IMG/VR virus record: IMGVR_UViG_3300029930_000007
Location: 1-32,672 of that record
Origin: a virus
Lineage: Duplodnaviria > Caudoviricetes
Strand: one strand, 5' to 3'
DNA: 32,672 nt
Every line of letters begins with the position of its first letter. Within the stretch, counting starts at the first letter, position 1. A program made the position numbers and the translations under genes. The notes beneath the pieces were generated by a model. The model worked only from the letters and a program-made list of their open reading frames with translations. It had not been told where the DNA came from and searched no databases. Positions 7,913 through 15,921 of the stretch are shown one piece after another.

Positions 7913-9034
7913 TTACTTGCTGAAAAAGATTTTGTGTGCAGCCAGCATCTTGCCGAAGCCGTCGATGGTTGCGAACAGCGCTACACGCTGGCTTGATGCC
8001 ACTGTGTTGCAGAAGATGGACTGCATCTCTGCACGCATACGCCACACATACTCGACGATGGCCTCGGCCTCGGCACGATCAGCAGCACGCGAGACGAACT
8101 GGAACACCTGAATAAGCTGTGCTGTCGGGTTGTTGGACAGCGGCGCATTCTTGGGGTCTTTGATGACACGCGCATACTCGCAGATGTCTTTGCCGAACCG
8201 CACGAAGGAGGACATGGCCTGCGCGGTAACAGAGCCGACAGTACCCTCAAGCGCTGCTTCCAGCGTGTCGTCGTCGAGCACACCGAGACCGGCATCAAGG
8301 ATGTCGGATGCAGCAGCAAGCGAGCGCGGCGATGCGTAAGCAAGCTGCACAGCTTTGGGGTTGAAGATGTAGCCGTTGTCCTTGGATTGGTCCTTGCCCT
8401 CAAACTTGCCACCCTTGGCGTAGTCGATGAAGGAGTCCATAACGCGTGGCTCGTTGTTGACGAACGCGATGACCATAGGATTGAGCGCTGCATCGGTAGC
8501 CCACCGGACCCACTCCTCTGCGGTAGGCTTGCGCATCTTGACGAACACGAGACGATTACGCAGGTGCGCTTGGATGCTATCGCCTAGCCCCTCGACGCTA
8601 AGGTTGGTAGCGCAGAAGACGACAGACCCCTCGACGAAGTGGTAGTTGCCAACACGATGCTCGTAGATGACCGGGGCCAGCACATTCTTGATGAACTGCG
8701 GGGCCTTGGCGATCTCATCGAGAAAGCACAGGATAGGTTTGCCACCATTGACGCCGCGCTGGTTGGTGCGGCTGACACCGAAGCGCTCGTTGGGCAACTC
8801 GCGGGAGATGCCGTTCTCGCGGTCAAGGTCAGGCATCCAGACCGAGCCGTCAGACAGTTGCGTGCAGTCGATGGGATCGACTGCGATGTGGTTGGCAAAC
8901 TTGGGGTCGCGTTTGAGCGCGTGGAACAGCGCGGTCTTACCGATGCCGTTCTCGCCCTCGACGATGACAGTGCGCTTGTCACCGATAGCGGTGATGAGAT
9001 TGAGAACTTGGGAGAACGAAAGATATTGAGACAT
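7913..9034 (-). CDS. MoxR-like AAA+ ATPase
   Basis: Walker A GENGIGKT, Walker B CFLDE, sensor ATN, arginine finger LRNR, SPRS. Confidence 0.88.
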   Translation of the reverse strand: MSQYLSFSQVLNLITAIGDKRTVIVEGENGIGKTALFHALKRDPKFANHIAVDPIDCTQLSDGSVWMPDLDRENGISRELPNERFGVSRTNQRGVNGGKPILCFLDEIAKAPQFIKNVLAPVIYEHRVGNYHFVEGSVVFCATNLSVEGLGDSIQAHLRNRLVFVKMRKPTAEEWVRWATDAALNPMVIAFVNNEPRVMDSFIDYAKGGKFEGKDQSKDNGYIFNPKAVQLAYASPRSLAAASDILDAGLGVLDDDTLEAALEGTVGSVTAQAMSSFVRFGKDICEYARVIKDPKNAPLSNNPTAQLIQVFQFVSRAADRAEAEAIVEYVWRMRAEMQSIFCNTVASSQRVALFATIDGFGKMLAAHKIFFSK

Positions 9035-9058
9035 GATTAACACTCCTTGGTTGGTTGA

Positions 9059-10237
9059 TTACAGTTTGATATGCAAGGTTTTGCCGTGTTTGGCAACGAA
9101 CGAGTCGTTGTCCACTACCCCCCAGAGGGACGGCATGGTAGTAGCCGGGTCATCGCAGCCGATGTCACCATCCGATAGCCAGACGATTGCTTTGGCGTCG
9201 ATCTTGTGCTTGACGATGTAGTCCACGACTACCTGCGGCGTAGTGCCACCCCCGCCTTTGGGCTTGAGCAGCGTGGCGATCTGGTCGTAGTCAGTAGCAG
9301 TGAACACTTGGTCACCGCATACGCTCGTGTCCCACCACAGCACACGCACAGCAGCAGGCTTAGTCTGCTGACAGATGGTAGAGACCTCACCGAACAGCAG
9401 CTTGTAGTATGGCCCCATCGAGCCCGAAGTGTCGGCAGCGATGATGATCTCACCGATAGACTCCGTGAAGTGCGAAGGCAAGATGAAACCTGCTGCAAGC
9501 AAGCGCTTGTTGGGCGGTGCAAAGCGAGAGTTGTCGTCACCAGCAGAGACAGACTGTATGAACTCACGCAGCGCAGATACCCAGTCGGTGCTGCGGTCAG
9601 CGGCAAGCCCGAAGATGTCGCTACCGCCGCCGTCTTTGCCAGCGAGTTTACGGGCCAGCATCTGACCCTGTCGGTTGGCATCGTCGATCTGTCTGCTAAG
9701 GTCTTGCTGCTCGTCGAAGGACAAGTCGTCAGCGTCGATGTGCTCATCGAACGGGTTGTCGTCTTTGCCACCCCCACCGCCTTCGTCATCGGCATCGTCA
9801 GGCAAGAGATTGAACACCTGCTGAAACGACATGCCGTTGAACCTAGGGTCAACGAGAATACCCTTCGATGGACGCTCGACGAATGTAAAGCCCGGGTCCA
9901 TCTCCTCGATGAGTCCGTTGATGACATAGTCCTGCGCTTTGTTGGTTTTTCTCGCCCACTTCTTCTTGATGTCTTTGTATAGCACGCAGTGCTTGAGGGC
10001 TACATGGAAGTTCTCGTGAAGCACGAGATACCGCAGTTGTTTGCGGTTAAGTGGCGTGATGAAGTCTGCGCCATAGAGCTTGTCTCTGCCGTTGGTGGCA
10101 GCGGTCGGCAGGTTGTCCGTAACCTCGGACTTACCCATCATGATCACGCCCGACAAGAGGGCGAACTTGGGATGCCTCATGCAGTCGATGTTGGCTGCTT
10201 GAATGCGCTGGTTGAGGGTCATCTTATCGAATGACAT
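9059..10237 (-). CDS. HEXXH metallopeptidase + vWA-like domain protein (DUF2201-type)
   Basis: TAATNG, LHENFHVAL, acidic linker, MIDAS DTSGS, GGGGT, LSDG. Confidence 0.85.
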   Translation of the reverse strand: MSFDKMTLNQRIQAANIDCMRHPKFALLSGVIMMGKSEVTDNLPTAATNGRDKLYGADFITPLNRKQLRYLVLHENFHVALKHCVLYKDIKKKWARKTNKAQDYVINGLIEEMDPGFTFVERPSKGILVDPRFNGMSFQQVFNLLPDDADDEGGGGGKDDNPFDEHIDADDLSFDEQQDLSRQIDDANRQGQMLARKLAGKDGGGSDIFGLAADRSTDWVSALREFIQSVSAGDDNSRFAPPNKRLLAAGFILPSHFTESIGEIIIAADTSGSMGPYYKLLFGEVSTICQQTKPAAVRVLWWDTSVCGDQVFTATDYDQIATLLKPKGGGGTTPQVVVDYIVKHKIDAKAIVWLSDGDIGCDDPATTMPSLWGVVDNDSFVAKHGKTLHIKL

Positions 10238-10265
10238 AGTGCTTCTCCTTTTCTTAGTTTTCACA

Positions 10266-10294
10266 AGTATAGGGGATTGTCTATTGCTAGACAA
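10266..10294 (-). promoter_or_regulatory. sigma70-type promoter overlapped by a palindromic operator candidate
   Basis: Minus strand TTGTCT-17 nt-TATACT; palindrome TTGTCTA-TTGC-TAGACAA at 10277-10294. Confidence 0.65.
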
Positions 10295-10315
10295 CCCCCC
10301 GGGGATACCCTGAGA

Positions 10316-11308
10316 TCAGGGGTTTTCTCTCACAAACACATTGCTGCGAGGATAGTCCTCGTAGTTCATGAACTGTGGCAGTTCAATCCATTTGCTGCGC
10401 TTGTTAAGCTCAAGAACTTCTTGCAACTTGTTCAGGACAGATTTCGATAGATCGTCTGCCGTGACTGTGCGCTCCAGTTCTTCGTACTTGCTGCAGTTTT
10501 CTGGTTTTTGCCAGTAGCTTGACAGTTGAAAGTCGTCTTGCTTGGCTGCTCGTTTGCTGGCGAGCACATTGAACACCTTCTGACACATGGTAAAGAAGTT
10601 GCTGGTCTGCACATCTGTGGGCATCTGGTCTAACTGTAACGCAGCGTCCATCTCCTTGATGTGCTTTTTCGTCTCCCAGTTGGGCACATACCCGCCGAAT
10701 GCGCGGCCAAGCGAATTGCTCAACGCGATCTCGTTGATGAACTCAGGCATGCGAAACGCCGCCAGCATCAAGAACGGCTCCCACCGGGTACGCATCTGTG
10801 CGCGTATAGCCCTGTCGTTTTCGTCAGCGACCTTGCGCCAGTGCCGTGTGTGCCGTGACTTCTCAACGATCAACTTGTCATCAGGCGTGAACCAATAGTC
10901 TGCGCTGAAGTCTTTGCTCGGCTCCTCCATCAGCTTCAAGAAGGGTGTGCAGTATGTGGGAGCAAATACTTTCCTGCCGTCAGTTGCGTACATGTAGCTG
11001 CGTCGTACCAAGACATCACACATAAACTTCTGAGAAGTCGTTGTGTTTACACCTCGGTACAGCCTGCGCTCGTTGCCTTCTGCATCGGGAGCGTACAACC
11101 TGCCCATCGTCGTGCCGTACAGACAGATGTCAAAGTACTGGTCGGGGTTGTCGCTCTCTATGCGGTAGTGAGTAGACCTTGAATCTTTGAGTGGGCGTTG
11201 GTTGTCTGCCCACTTAGCCGAGCGCGGCTTCTTGATGAGTCCCCAATACGCGCGTGCTTGGGCGTAGTTGCTGATTGTTGGTAACAGATGTGTTGAACCT
11301 GAAAACAT
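10316..11308 (-). CDS. hypothetical protein (330 aa)
   Basis: Long ORF with SD AAGGAG. Confidence 0.8.
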   Translation of the reverse strand: MFSGSTHLLPTISNYAQARAYWGLIKKPRSAKWADNQRPLKDSRSTHYRIESDNPDQYFDICLYGTTMGRLYAPDAEGNERRLYRGVNTTTSQKFMCDVLVRRSYMYATDGRKVFAPTYCTPFLKLMEEPSKDFSADYWFTPDDKLIVEKSRHTRHWRKVADENDRAIRAQMRTRWEPFLMLAAFRMPEFINEIALSNSLGRAFGGYVPNWETKKHIKEMDAALQLDQMPTDVQTSNFFTMCQKVFNVLASKRAAKQDDFQLSSYWQKPENCSKYEELERTVTADDLSKSVLNKLQEVLELNKRSKWIELPQFMNYEDYPRSNVFVRENP

Positions 11309-11334
11309 AGTGCACTCCTTGGTTGGTTAAAAAC

Positions 11335-11967
11335 TTACGCGAGATAGCCGTCCTCATCGAACCGCCACTCGTTGATCTCTGCTGTCTCTTGTATGTGCTC
11401 GTCACTCATCTCATAGTCATACTCCTTCTCAAGTTGTTTGTAAATGTCATCGGCGTAGCTTCTGGCTTCGTCTAACGCCCACTCGGTCAAGCGGTCTATC
11501 ACATCGTCGATGTCAATGCTCTCGTACAACTCGGCTCCGTCGGCTCCTGCAAGAATGCCTCTTTGTAGCGTCTCGCTGGATGTTCTGTACGCCGTGGGGC
11601 CTTCTGTCTGCATCGTCTTGCTGTGGTTGTACATGAACGAGCGCATGTAGATTGGAAAGCCGTTATCCACAAACTCGTTGTCGATAAGCTCTGCAAGAAC
11701 TGTGTAACGGGCAAAGTCCGGGTTGTCTCCTTTGAGATGGAAGTCCAAGAACGGGCGTATTTGCAGACGCCCCTGCCACGAAGCACCATCGCCTTGCGAA
11801 TGGAAGCCCGACCACTGCACATCGTCAATGTCGAACCCTCGCTGTTTGCCGTCTTCTTTGGCGTTGTCGATTACTACCTCGGCCCAGTAGTTGTCTGTGT
11901 TTTGTGCGTACCATTCCCGCACTTTCGCCTTGGCAGGCTCGATGAGTTCTTCAAACTTGTAGTTCAC
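11335..11967 (-). CDS. acidic conserved mobile-element protein (GTG start)
   Basis: SD AAGGAG then GTG at 11967; WSGFHSQGDGASW and LEKEYDY..SDE...NEWRFDEDG motifs. Confidence 0.7.
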   Translation of the reverse strand: MNYKFEELIEPAKAKVREWYAQNTDNYWAEVVIDNAKEDGKQRGFDIDDVQWSGFHSQGDGASWQGRLQIRPFLDFHLKGDNPDFARYTVLAELIDNEFVDNGFPIYMRSFMYNHSKTMQTEGPTAYRTSSETLQRGILAGADGAELYESIDIDDVIDRLTEWALDEARSYADDIYKQLEKEYDYEMSDEHIQETAEINEWRFDEDGYLA

Positions 11968-12352
11968 TTGCTGCTCCTTGTATGTGCGGCAGGTTTGCGT
12001 TGATGTACGAGCGAGCCTCCATGTACTCCCACAAGTCCATCTCGCCGTGTTCTGACTGCTCGATGTCGCCGGTTTCTTCACCAATTCGCACGAACCGCCA
12101 GCCTGCGTTGTACAACTCTTGGGCCTGCTCCATGAGAGAGTGATGTACCTTGACATCTGAAAAACTTTCATACCACTTGACATCCTCCGTGCTAAAAGAA
12201 ATCAACGGATCGTCTTTGTATCTATGCTCGCATTCGTCGATGGCCTGCGTTGTCACAGGGTCGTTCTTGGCAAGCATCAGCGTGACAAAGTTGTCTCGAT
12301 CCTCAATGGTGTGAAACTTGATTACATACATTACATCTGATCTGTACCCCAT
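11951..12352 (-). CDS. conserved phage protein (MGYRSDV family)
   Basis: MGYRSDV...VKWYESF...FVRIGEE; SD AAGGAG. Confidence 0.75.
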   Translation of the reverse strand: MGYRSDVMYVIKFHTIEDRDNFVTLMLAKNDPVTTQAIDECEHRYKDDPLISFSTEDVKWYESFSDVKVHHSLMEQAQELYNAGWRFVRIGEETGDIEQSEHGEMDLWEYMEARSYINANLPHIQGAASELQV

Positions 12353-12353
12353 G

Positions 12354-12524
12354 TCATTCTCCTTTCTTGAGTTTCTCCACTATCGCCAGCGAACGCGGCG
12401 GGTGGAAGGGTTTGGTTGGGCTAAACAGGAAGGGGGTGAAGACAAGCGCTGTTGGTGGGAGAGGGCCCACCTTTTTGTTTAAGATGCCGCGCATCCATTG
12501 TCTGCGCGTTGGTTTTTTGATCAT
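12354..12524 (-). CDS. hypothetical protein (56 aa)
   Basis: Not in the ORF track; MIKKPTRRQWMRG...LKKGE with SD AAGGAG. Confidence 0.55.
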   Translation of the reverse strand: MIKKPTRRQWMRGILNKKVGPLPPTALVFTPFLFSPTKPFHPPRSLAIVEKLKKGE

Positions 12525-12545
12525 GTTGCTTTCTCCTTGGTAAAA

Positions 12546-12568
12546 CTCGCTGACAGGATGTCAGCAAG
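12546..12568. repeat. 23-bp palindromic motif, copy 1
   Basis: CTCGCTGACA-GGA-TGTCAGCAAG. Confidence 0.85.
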
Positions 12569-12592
12569 AAGTTGATGAGTGTTCCCTGCGGG

Positions 12593-12679
12593 TCAGGGAC
12601 GCCACCACAGCACATCGCACGCGACGACTATGAGCGCCAGCAGGAGCACTACGCGTACTATCTTTTCTTCTCGGGTCAT
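12593..12679 (-). CDS. 28-aa single-pass membrane peptide
   Basis: MTREEKIVRVVLLLALIVVACDVLWWRP; ATGA overlap with the upstream stop. Confidence 0.6.
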   Translation of the reverse strand: MTREEKIVRVVLLLALIVVACDVLWWRP

Positions 12680-12990
12680 TTCAATTCCTCCGGTACTTCA
12701 ACTTCATCTCCCAGCTTGCTGGCTACATAGCAGCGCATGGCTGCGATTAGCATGGTCGGGCCAAACTCCATGCAGATAGCTGGCCCTTCAACACGGGTAG
12801 CCAACCACCCATCGCCGTACTTGTCATGCGTCATGGGTTCCAGAGCGATTTCCTCCCGCTCGATGATCGGGCCACCTTGTGCCCAGTCGGTGGAGTAGGC
12901 AGGGACTGCCACGGGTTTGTATTCCCCGATGGCTTTCGCCACCATCCAGTTGAGCACCCCGCGCTTGGCTTCGCTTACTTTGACTTTCAT
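12676..12990 (-). CDS. NinX/DUF2591-like protein
   Basis: LNWMVAKA...YSTDWAQGGPIIERE...GPT.LIAAMRCYVASKLG. Confidence 0.8.
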   Translation of the reverse strand: MKVKVSEAKRGVLNWMVAKAIGEYKPVAVPAYSTDWAQGGPIIEREEIALEPMTHDKYGDGWLATRVEGPAICMEFGPTMLIAAMRCYVASKLGDEVEVPEELK

Positions 12991-13172
12991 TTGCTTTCTC
13001 CTTTCATTGCTGCTTCCAAAGCTTCGTTGACCCCTTTATTGGTCTTGATGTTGACACCCTTGTCTCCAAACGGATACTCCCCGTTCCACCCCTCGCCTGA
13101 TGCGGCAAACCCTGCATAGAAGCCAGCACGGAAGGCTTCTTCCCATATTTTGTTTAGCTCGTCTTGGTTCAT
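12987..13172 (-). CDS. hypothetical protein
   Basis: GF.ASGEGWNGEYPF; coupled on both sides. Confidence 0.7.
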   Translation of the reverse strand: MNQDELNKIWEEAFRAGFYAGFAASGEGWNGEYPFGDKGVNIKTNKGVNEALEAAMKGESK

Positions 13173-13453
13173 TTGCTTTCTCCTTTTATTGCTAACAAGT
13201 CGTACATAACAGCGTACCCCTCGGTGTCGGCTGCGCCAAGCCTGCTGTGTTTCTCCAGCGCCTCCTCGATAGCAGCCTGCACACCGGCAAGCGTCAAGTC
13301 TCCGCTGTTGAGCGCCTCCTGTGCTGCTCGGTTAAGGTCTAACGCTGCTGCGTTGCGCTGCGCAGTCAGGCGTCCGTCGTTGTCGCCATACAGCGCCCAG
13401 TCGTCAGCGGTCAGACTGAGTGTGAAGACACGCTTTACATGTACATTTCTCAT
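13169..13453 (-). CDS. hypothetical protein
   Basis: GAADTE motif; coupled on both sides. Confidence 0.7.
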   Translation of the reverse strand: MRNVHVKRVFTLSLTADDWALYGDNDGRLTAQRNAAALDLNRAAQEALNSGDLTLAGVQAAIEEALEKHSRLGAADTEGYAVMYDLLAIKGESK

Positions 13454-13635
13454 TTGCTTTCTCCTTTCATTTCCTCTACAGACTCAAGACTCCAGTTGCC
13501 ATAGTCCGAGCGGTGTGACCCGTCGCTTTCAAGCTCTTTCCACGCAAGCGCCTCTGCTTCTTCGGCGTTGTCTGCCTCCACAGTAATAACTGTGTAGGAC
13601 TCATACCGCAACTCGACTTCGTAGGTCTTTTTCAT
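13450..13635 (-). CDS. small acidic hypothetical protein
   Basis: MKKTYEVEL...VEADNAEEAEALA. Confidence 0.7.
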   Translation of the reverse strand: MKKTYEVELRYESYTVITVEADNAEEAEALAWKELESDGSHRSDYGNWSLESVEEMKGESK

Positions 13636-13636
13636 T

Positions 13637-13828
13637 TCACATCTCCCAGCCCATGCGCGGGGCATAACGCTCAAACAACTCGGGGAAGGCGTCGACCACC
13701 CTCACTTGGTTCGTGCTGTCCGCACGAAAGTACGCCAGCGCTATCGCCTTAGCGAAGCTGCCGCCGTAGCTCTTCATGTTGTGCGCTGCCTGTGCGAGTT
13801 CGCTACCGCTCATCTCGTTTGCTTTCAT
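13637..13828 (-). CDS. hypothetical protein (YGGSF..A...AD..N family)
   Basis: Start MKANEM with SD AAGGAG. Confidence 0.72.
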   Translation of the reverse strand: MKANEMSGSELAQAAHNMKSYGGSFAKAIALAYFRADSTNQVRVVDAFPELFERYAPRMGWEM

Positions 13829-13870
13829 TTGCTTTCTCCTTGTTGTGCCCTGCAACCGGCAGGGCGGCGG

Positions 13871-13893
13871 CTTGCTGACAAGTTGTCAGCGAG
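13871..13893. repeat. 23-bp palindromic motif, copy 2 (opposite orientation)
   Basis: CTTGCTGACA-AGT-TGTCAGCGAG. Confidence 0.85.
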
Positions 13894-13905
13894 TTCTGTT
13901 GGTGT

Positions 13906-14712
13906 TTACTTGATCTGCGAGAGACGACTGCGGCTCTCTTTACGCACACCAATGTGCCCATCTGTGGGCTTAGGTGGCGGTGCTCTGTCTGGCCTGTCTG
14001 ACAGCGCGTCAGGTAGCAGGTAGTACAGCTTCACGCTCGGGTCTATTGCATCCCAAAGGTCTTGCAACTCCTGTTTGAACTCAGGCTTCATGTATGTACG
14101 CCATTCGTAAGACTCAGGCATCTTCGGCGCAGTCTTTGCCTTGAACTCTATCGTGCCCCTCACAGCCCACAATACATACTGATAGCGCTGGAAGAACGCC
14201 ACCAACGGCTGGTAACGCGGCTTGTCCTCTGGCCACGCCGCACCTAACTTGCGCCGGGCGCGGAAGGTCTGCACATTGACGACTTTGATTAAGGGTCTGA
14301 GTTGTTCAGCCACGATTGATAGCCATGCAAGCGCTCGTATCGACTGCCATCGCTTGTGCACAGCCGCGCTTTTCTTGGCGTTCTTGTCTCGGTCGCGCTT
14401 GTCCAGCACAGCTTGCGCGGTTACAGGGTCAACATCTCCATGCTTGACCATCCAGCCTATCTGCGTGGGGGTAAGCTCCTCCAGCCAACGCTTGCGGGGT
14501 TGGCACGATTGGCACAGTTTGGAGATGGTCTCGTAGCGGTGGTTGCCTGCGTAGCCCCATGCCACGGCTTGAGCACGAGTGAGCGTGCGCTTGAAGGCTT
14601 TGATGGGCTTGATCTCTCGGCAACTGGTGCACAAGCCTGCGTCGAAGCCTTGCGCGGGGCGCACAACCCAGTCTTGTCTATTGGCGATTAACAGGTGTGG
14701 TGAGTTTTCCAT
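13906..14712 (-). CDS. hypothetical protein with N-terminal zinc finger
   Basis: CTSC.EIKP...F...CQSC. Confidence 0.7.
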   Translation of the reverse strand: MENSPHLLIANRQDWVVRPAQGFDAGLCTSCREIKPIKAFKRTLTRAQAVAWGYAGNHRYETISKLCQSCQPRKRWLEELTPTQIGWMVKHGDVDPVTAQAVLDKRDRDKNAKKSAAVHKRWQSIRALAWLSIVAEQLRPLIKVVNVQTFRARRKLGAAWPEDKPRYQPLVAFFQRYQYVLWAVRGTIEFKAKTAPKMPESYEWRTYMKPEFKQELQDLWDAIDPSVKLYYLLPDALSDRPDRAPPPKPTDGHIGVRKESRSRLSQIK

Positions 14713-14715
14713 TTT

Positions 14716-15005
14716 TCTTCCTGATGGTTAATCCGTTGGGAAAATAAAGTGAGGGGGCGGAACGCAGTATTCATGCGGGTTGTAGGGGTACATGGTTAAG
14801 TCTACTACCTCCAAAACAGAACTACAACAACAAAGTCTGGAGGACAAAGAGTGGTCTTTTTAGGGGGAAAGGGGGGAAACACATCTATCTATCTAAAAGA
14901 GTTTATTTAGAGATAGAAGAGTTAATAGAGGAGAGCGCAAACCCGCATGGATACTGGCTTGCGCCCCCTCAAGTGAAATTCCCGCTTGATTAACAATCGG
15001 GAAGA
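14716..15005. repeat. 66-bp imperfect inverted repeats flanking a 158-nt core (origin-like)
   Basis: Arms 14716-14781 and 14940-15005 align without gaps, 51/66 identical by manual count. Confidence 0.8.
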
Positions 15006-15021
15006 CACTTCTCCACAACAA

Positions 15022-15044
15022 GTTGCTGACAGATTGTCAGCGAG
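15022..15044. repeat. 23-bp palindromic motif, copy 3
   Basis: GTTGCTGACA-GAT-TGTCAGCGAG. Confidence 0.85.
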
Positions 15045-15261
15045 TCCCCCTGATGGGGTTGCAGGCACGCTTGATCTCGTCCCAGTCCTCGCTTCTCCGG
15101 GCGTTGTCGAGCAGGCGTTGCTTGCGCTCGTTGTCACGGGCGCGTTCGCGGAACTCGTCGCGTAGCTCACGCAGACGCTTGAGGGCGGCGTCCTTGATGG
15201 ACTCGCTATCGTTGGCAAACAGCACATGCTGTTGCGGGTTGGGTTTGCGGTGTTTGGCCAT
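15037..15261 (-). CDS. early hypothetical protein
   Basis: MAKHRKPNPQQ with SD AAGGAG. Confidence 0.7.
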   Translation of the reverse strand: MAKHRKPNPQQHVLFANDSESIKDAALKRLRELRDEFRERARDNERKQRLLDNARRSEDWDEIKRACNPIRGTR

Positions 15262-15276
15262 GATTGGCACTCCTTC

Positions 15277-15328
15277 GGTTGTCGGGCAAGATCGCCCCCT
15301 CAACCCTGCACGCAGGGTTGAGAGAGTT
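15277..15328 (-). repeat. duplicated structured leader, copy A
   Basis: 26 nt identical to 15598-15623, plus a long hairpin. Confidence 0.8.
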
Positions 15329-15343
15329 TCTTACTGGGTTGGT

Positions 15344-15577
15344 TTAGACTTGTTCAGCCTCCACCGGTCTGGCAAAGTCACTCGCAAAGCGCGAGCCGTC
15401 GGGGAAAACCCACGCCCACCTGATGCGGGGACTCTCCCACACCCCCGAGGTATCGACTTCGGTGGGCACGCCACCGAGGTTGGTAAAGTGGGCTCTGTAG
15501 GCTTCCTTTTCACTAGCGGGGGAGTAGTACAGGGGTTTTTTTGGGGCCGACTCGTGGGCCATTTGAGCTTGTTTCAT
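15344..15577 (-). CDS. early hypothetical protein
   Basis: MKQAQMAHE with GGAGAAGG upstream. Confidence 0.65.
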   Translation of the reverse strand: MKQAQMAHESAPKKPLYYSPASEKEAYRAHFTNLGGVPTEVDTSGVWESPRIRWAWVFPDGSRFASDFARPVEAEQV

Positions 15578-15597
15578 GGTGCCTTCTCCGAAACTAA

Positions 15598-15652
15598 GGT
15601 TGTCGGGCAAGATCGCCCCCTCAGCCCACGCAATGCATGGGCTGGGAGAGTT
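15598..15652 (-). repeat. duplicated structured leader, copy B
   Basis: GGTTGTCGGGCAAGATCGCCCCCTCA plus a hairpin with compensatory changes. Confidence 0.8.
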
Positions 15653-15660
15653 GACTCGGG

Positions 15661-15828
15661 TTATTTGAATGTGGGGTCGTAGAAGGAGAGAAGCTGAAGC
15701 CCCTCCCAAAGCTCGACCCGCCCGCCTGTGGTTTGCAGGGCGTTGAACAACACTTCAGCCTCTAGCCGATTCTGGCAATGGTAGGTGTGGTCGGTGTTCT
15801 GATGCCGCAGAATAGCGGTGAATTGCAT
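15661..15828 (-). CDS. early hypothetical protein
   Basis: MQFTAILRHQ; leader AGGAGTGCCAATCATG is identical to that of the gene starting at 15261. Confidence 0.7.
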   Translation of the reverse strand: MQFTAILRHQNTDHTYHCQNRLEAEVLFNALQTTGGRVELWEGLQLLSFYDPTFK

Positions 15829-15898
15829 GATTGGCACTCCTGATTGACACAAAAAGAAACCGCGCCACCCCCTCGCAGGAGTGACGCGGCGCGAAAAA

Positions 15899-15921
15899 CT
15901 CGCTGACGAGTTGTCAGCAAG
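15899..15921. repeat. 23-bp palindromic motif, copy 4
   Basis: CTCGCTGACG-AGT-TGTCAGCAAG, directly after the stop at 15922. Confidence 0.85.

Noticed and set aside
14922-15682. ORFs 14922-15227 (-) and 15023-15682 (+)
   Set aside because: They overlap better-supported small genes and repeat elements and have no RBS.
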